A DNA stretch of 64,000 nucleotides, taken from positions 146,264 through 210,263 of IMG/VR virus record IMGVR_UViG_3300038361_000164; one strand, written 5' to 3'. Numbering within the stretch: the first letter of the stretch is position 1; each line of letters begins with the position of its first letter. Positions 59,216 through 64,000 of this stretch are shown here, piece by piece. The translations under genes were made by a program, and so were the position numbers. The notes below the pieces were generated by a model. It was given only the letters and a program-made list of their open reading frames with translations, was not told the DNA's origin and ran no database searches.

Positions 59216-59953
59216 ATGAAAGTGTTAGTTATCGGAGAGTATTGTACAGATGAGCATATTTATGGCACAATAGAACGATTGTGTCCAGAAGCTCCAATAC
59301 CTATAATAGAACCTACTAGAACAACTAAAAATTCAGGTATGGCGGGAAACACACACGCCAATCTTAAAGCATTAGGAGTAAAGACTGATATTATATGTAA
59401 TAAAGTTGATATTATAAAACGCCGATATGTGGATGATAAATCAGGGCAAATGCTTTTACGAGTAGATATAAATGACTTCTGCCCTCGCATGGATTCTTCT
59501 GTTTTATCTAATATTAATTTTGGACTATATGATGCTGTAGTAATTTCAGATTACAATAAAGGGTTTTTAACGAAAACAGATATTAAGTTTATTCTGGAAC
59601 ATAGCACACTTTCTTTTATAGATACCAAAAAGGAATTGGGAAGTTGGATATTATCAGCTACTTATATTAAACTTAATAAGTATGAAGCACAAAATAATAT
59701 ACCCAAACGCTACCAAGAAACTATAACTAAAAAACTCATAGTTACATTAGGAGATAAGGGAGCGGAGCATAATGGAGCGAAGTATGCGACTGAAAAAGTA
59801 GATATTTATAATGTATCCGGAGCAGGAGATACTTTTCTCGCAGCGCTCGTATTTGATTATTTAGAAACTAAAGATATTTGTAGAGCTATAAAATTTGCAA
59901 ATGAATGTGCAGCAGAAGTTGTACAAAAACCAGGAGTGGTGCCAGTATGCTGA
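59216..59953 (+). CDS. Heptose-7-phosphate kinase (HldE/RfaE domain I, PfkB family)
   Basis: ERLCPEAPIP, GMAGN, ISDYNKG, VSGAGDTF. Confidence 0.85.
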   Translation: MKVLVIGEYCTDEHIYGTIERLCPEAPIPIIEPTRTTKNSGMAGNTHANLKALGVKTDIICNKVDIIKRRYVDDKSGQMLLRVDINDFCPRMDSSVLSNINFGLYDAVVISDYNKGFLTKTDIKFILEHSTLSFIDTKKELGSWILSATYIKLNKYEAQNNIPKRYQETITKKLIVTLGDKGAEHNGAKYATEKVDIYNVSGAGDTFLAALVFDYLETKDICRAIKFANECAAEVVQKPGVVPVC

Positions 59954-60234
59954 TATATGTAGACATAGATAATACCATTTGTATTACTGCTAAAAGTGAT
60001 TATACCAAATCTATTCCTAACAAATCCAATATAGAAAAAATAAATGTTCTTTATGATAAAGGAAATACTATTATATACTGGACTGCTAGAGGCGGGAATT
60101 CCAAAGTAGATCATACAAAAATTACTAAACATCAGTTAGATTTTTGGGGCTGTAAGTACCATAAATTATCTACAAATAAACCTTCTTTCGATCTTCTGAT
60201 CGACGACAAAACAGTTAGAATGGACGAGCTATGA
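59947..60234 (+). CDS. Small HAD phosphatase (possible GmhB functional analogue)
   Basis: YVDIDNTIC, WTARG, KP.FDLLIDDK. Confidence 0.75.
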   Translation: MLIYVDIDNTICITAKSDYTKSIPNKSNIEKINVLYDKGNTIIYWTARGGNSKVDHTKITKHQLDFWGCKYHKLSTNKPSFDLLIDDKTVRMDEL

Positions 60235-60572
60235 AACGAGTAGAAAAGGGTTGGGGATATGAAGATTGGATTGTTAACAAAGACGAGTATTGTGGTAAGT
60301 TATTGTTTTTTGAGAAGGGTAAACAATGTTCCTGGCATTACCATATTTTAAAAGATGAAACATTTTATTTACAATCAGGCGAAATTGTACTCACTTATAG
60401 CTATGATGACGATACTTACACTGCACATAAAATAATTTTAGAACCTGGAATGGAGTTTCATGTACCAAGAGGTTTGCGTCACCAAATGCATGCTTTAAAG
60501 GACTCTGAATTATTTGAGTTTTCAACAAAGCACTACGATAGTGATTCATATAGGATTACAAAAGGTGATTAA
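60231..60572 (+). CDS. Cupin sugar isomerase-like protein
   Basis: KGWGYE, SWHYH..KDETF, H.M, EFST. Confidence 0.75.
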   Translation: MKRVEKGWGYEDWIVNKDEYCGKLLFFEKGKQCSWHYHILKDETFYLQSGEIVLTYSYDDDTYTAHKIILEPGMEFHVPRGLRHQMHALKDSELFEFSTKHYDSDSYRITKGD

Positions 60573-60966
60573 TAACTATAAAGTGATATGGGTTAATGGA
60601 TGTTTTGATGTTTTACATCGAGGCCATATTGAGCTATTAAAATATGCCAAATCACTTGGAGATTTTTTATTTGTTGGAATTGATTCAGATGCTAAGGTTC
60701 GTAGAAGTAAGGGTATTGCTCGACCAATAAACACACACGAAGATCGCCAGGAGATATTAAGAGCTTTATCATGTGTAGATGATGTGTTTATATTTAATAC
60801 AAAAAGTATGTTAGAGTGGTTAATAAAAACTATACATCCCGATATTATGGTAATAGGGGATGATTATGTTAATAAGCCTGTTGTAGGTAGTGCATTTGCA
60901 AAAGAGCTTATATTTTTTAAAAGATTACCTAACTATGCATCTTCTAATATTATTAAGGAGTTATAA
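60565..60966 (+). CDS. Heptose-1-phosphate adenylyltransferase (HldE/RfaE domain II)
   Basis: NGCFDVLHRGH, VGIDSD, KG..RPIN, GDDY. Confidence 0.85.
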   Translation: MINNYKVIWVNGCFDVLHRGHIELLKYAKSLGDFLFVGIDSDAKVRRSKGIARPINTHEDRQEILRALSCVDDVFIFNTKSMLEWLIKTIHPDIMVIGDDYVNKPVVGSAFAKELIFFKRLPNYASSNIIKEL

Positions 60967-61764
60967 ATGTTGATTCACATTAAAAGTATGAATCAACTTC
61001 TTTCCTGGAAAACTCAATGAACAAAGGATATAGATAATAATAAAGATTCCTCAATTTTTCATTGTTTTGGCTGGATACTAAGTTGTGCAAAAGTTAGTAA
61101 AGACTGAAGCGTTTATTTGAATGTAAATGAAAAAGGTGTAATAGATTTTATGTTACCTGTAGAAGCACAGGAATATCTAGGAACTTTGTTTACTGACAAT
61201 ACTGATGCGTTCGGCGATTTAACTAAATTAGATCTTCTCCCTTCAATAGAATTACCTAAATCAAGTGTTTTAAAAACAAATAACATTTCCACATATTCTT
61301 ACGAATGCCATGGTTTTGATAATATCGGTAAAAAGTGAATGAAGGATATTGTTAGGCAAAAAAATAAACTAAGTAGATATGAGCTTCAATTTTCTGACAC
61401 TTCTTCTTTGTTTTTTAAATTATGAGAAACATGAGCAAGTAAATGAGAGTGATCTTCTTCGAATATATCACGATTTAAAAACTTTATACTTAACAACTCT
61501 TGCCTAAAAAGCGCTGTTCTTTCTATAGACGGAGAACCTTCCAGTGTTTGGCTATATACAGTACACAATAAACGCTTATTATTTTGAGTAACTACTAGAA
61601 TACCAGATCAAAAAGTGTCCAGCGGATCCCTATTATTGTGAGAAATTATAAGTCGTTGAAAACCTAAAATAAAAGTATATGATCTTGGAACTGGAGATGA
61701 GACGTATAAACATCGAATTTTCCCCACAAAACGTCCACTATACTACTTGCGAATTAACCCTTAA
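60967..61764 (+). CDS. GNAT acetyltransferase (CelD/BcsL-like), 10 in-frame TGA
   Basis: Single frame with TGA=Trp; SGSLLL(W)EII...YDLGTGDETYKHR C-terminal motif. Confidence 0.7.
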
Positions 61765-61865
61765 CAATGTATATTAGTAGTGAAGACCGAATATCGGTAT
61801 TGTACTAAAACATAGAAGCCTTTAATTAGACGTACTAATTAATGGCATTTTAGCGGAGGCGTCTA

Positions 61866-64000
61866 GTGCCTAAAATTCCATTTAAACAGTTAGAGGGTGT
61901 TCTTAGTGAAGCTCAATTAGCGGCTGCTTACGCTGCAATAGATGTTAGCGCCTCTACAACTGCGCCCGTAAGTCCCTCAGACTGACAAGTTTGGCAAGAT
62001 ACCACGACCGATCCCCCACAATTAAAAACTTGAGATCCAACTTCAGAAACATGAAAAGTCGTAGCCGCAGGAGGCACATCCGGCTCATCAGGCTCATCTG
62101 GCTCTGATGGTACGTCTGGTGTAGCAGGTACCTCCGGTTCATCAGGCTCATCTGGTTCTGACGGTACATCCGGTTCATCAGGTTCATCAGGCTCATCCGG
62201 TTCTGACGGCACATCTGGCTCATCAGGCTCATCTGGTTCGTCTGGAAATCATGGAGCAAGCCTTCTATATAGTTATGATGGTAGTTCTCATGCTGCTAAT
62301 CCTGGATTAGGGGATATCAGGTTTAATAATGCCGATGTTACTTTAGCAACTGCTATGTACATTAACGATTCCGATATTAACTCGACAAATACTGCTGCAT
62401 GGGTAGCCACTTTCGATGACTCTACTAACGGAGTACAAGGTCACCTTGTTTTCCACGAAGCTTACGCGACAGAAAACTGGGTTATCTTCGAAGTAGGATC
62501 GGTAACTCCAGGAATAAACTACTCAACAGTAGTTCTTACTCACGTAGATTCTTCCGCTTCAGCTCCATTCGGAAACAACGATCTTATAAACGGTAATTTC
62601 TTTCGTGCAGGAGACATGGGAACATCCGGCTCATCAGGCTCATCTGGCTCATCTGGTACATCCGGATCATCAGGCTCATCTGGTACATCCGGATCATCTG
62701 GTTCATCTGGTTCTGATGGAACTTCAGGTTCATCTGGATCATCAGGCTCATCTGGTACATCCGGTTCATCAGGATCATCTGGTACATCCGGCAATTCAGG
62801 TACATCAGGTTCTTCTGGATCTTCTGGTACATCTGGTTCATCGGGATCATCCGGCACATCTGGTAATTCAGGCACATCTGGATCTTCCGGCTCATCTGGC
62901 ACATCTGGTACATCAGGCTCATCTGGATCATCCGGCACCTCCGGGTCATCTGGATCCTCAGGTACGTCGGGAGCCATAGGAGTAGCTGGTACATCTGGTT
63001 CATCTGGTTCATCTGGAATAGATGGTACATCGGGTACATCTGGAGCTACAGGAGTAGCAGGTACGTCTGGCTCATCTGGCTCATCTGGCACATCTGGTAA
63101 TTCAGGTACATCAGGTTCTTCTGGATCTTCTGGATCTTCAGGTACATCAGGTTCTTCTGGATCTTCTGGTACATCTGGCTCATCAGGATCATCGGGCACT
63201 TCAGGGGTGGCTGGTACATCTGGCTCATCAGGATCATCAGGTACTTCAGGAGTCGCGGGAGCGGCCGGCACATCTGGCTCATCAGGATCATCGGGATCAT
63301 CTGGTTCTGATGGAACATCAGGCTCATCAGGCTCATCTGGGTCTTCTGGCACATCTGGCTCATCAGGATCCTCAGGCACTTCAGGAGCGGCAGGCACATC
63401 TGGTTCATCCGGCTCATCGGGCTCTGATGGCACATCTGGCTCATCAGGATCATCAGGTACGTCTGGTATATCTGGCACATCTGGTTCATCAGGCTCATCT
63501 GGTTCTGACGGCACATCCGGTTCATCAGGCTCATCCGGTTCTGACGGCACATCCGGCTCATCAGGCTCATCTGGTTCGTCTGGAAATCACGGAGCAAGCC
63601 TTCTTTACAGTTTCGATACAGCCGTAGGTGTAGGAGATCCAGGAGCGGGAGATATTAGATTTAACAGTGCAAATGTTACTATCGCAACTGTGATGTACAT
63701 CAGCAATTCTGATATTAATTCGGTAGATGTTTCGGCATGAATAACTACTTTCGATGACTCTACTAACGGAGTACAAGGTCACCTTGTTTTCCACGAAGCT
63801 TACGCGACAGAAAACTGGGTTATCTTCGAAGTAGGCACAGTAACACCTGCAGCCGGATATTTAGCTGTGACTATTACTCACGTAGATTCTTCTGGAACTG
63901 CCCCATTTGGAAACGATGATCTTATAAACGGTAACTTTTTCCGAGCAGGAGACGCAGGAACTGACGGCACCTCTGGGTCATCAGGATCTTCAGGTTCTGA
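61866..64000 (+). CDS. Fibre-like virion protein with (G-S/T-S)n collagen-like repeats and a duplicated globular domain (runs off the window)
   Basis: GGAGG RBS plus GTG 61866; Gly every third residue; domain repeated at ~62245-62620 and ~63585-63960. Confidence 0.75.
62070..63585 (+). repeat. Coding tandem 9-bp repeats (GSS/GTS/GSD triplets)
   Basis: GGNTCNTCN / GGNACNTCN units in two tracts (~62070-62245 and ~62619-63585). Confidence 0.9.

Noticed and set aside
61842-61865. TAG readthrough from ATG 61842 into the fibre gene
   Set aside because: A GGAGG RBS with GTG 61866 explains the start; TAG behaves as a stop elsewhere
62070-63585. CRISPR array
   Set aside because: Degenerate coding triplet repeats with no unique spacers; no repeat-spacer array or cas gene seen in the window
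61928-63627. Long antisense and alternate-frame ORFs (PDEPD-, MSLMSQ-, HQAHL-repeat proteins)
   Set aside because: Shadows of the 9-bp GSS/GTS coding repeat
34124-63740. TGA as Gly (code 25) or selenocysteine
   Set aside because: TGA aligns with TGG in the internal duplication and with conserved Trp motifs; it is too frequent and not at catalytic Cys positions

Overview
Fragment of a large, AT-rich tailed-phage (Caudoviricetes) genome. It is laid out as two minus-strand blocks of short early/accessory genes (1-13108 and ~18930-31220) and two plus-strand late/virion blocks (13204-18866 and 33173-64000). The phage appears to use two genetic codes. In many plus-strand late genes TGA is read as Trp: conserved Trp positions are TGA, and a duplicated domain has TGG in one copy and TGA in the other. 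In the minus-strand genes TGA is an ordinary stop (many ATGA overlaps). The supplied ORF track therefore fragments many real genes. Re-reading with TGA=Trp gives a gpA-like terminase with a Thr-initiated LAGLIDADG intein, ribosomal protein bS21, a LigD-phosphoesterase/ATP-ligase fusion, a J-domain protein, a GNAT, a holin-like protein, neck proteins and a Ser/Gly-repeat fibre. A run of unrelated proteins at 33173-41102 shares an MDKAxxIFEK(I/L)A motif that ends in the K-x-A motif found throughout the head proteins, suggesting a capsid-cargo targeting/processing system. One cargo is a single mitochondrial-carrier (Solcar)-like repeat. Also present: an ADP-heptose/heptosyltransferase cluster next to the Ser-rich fibre, two promoter classes, an ori-like inverted repeat, and long structured non-coding regions headed by aberrant tRNA-like elements. 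All family calls come from motif recognition by eye; no database searches were run.
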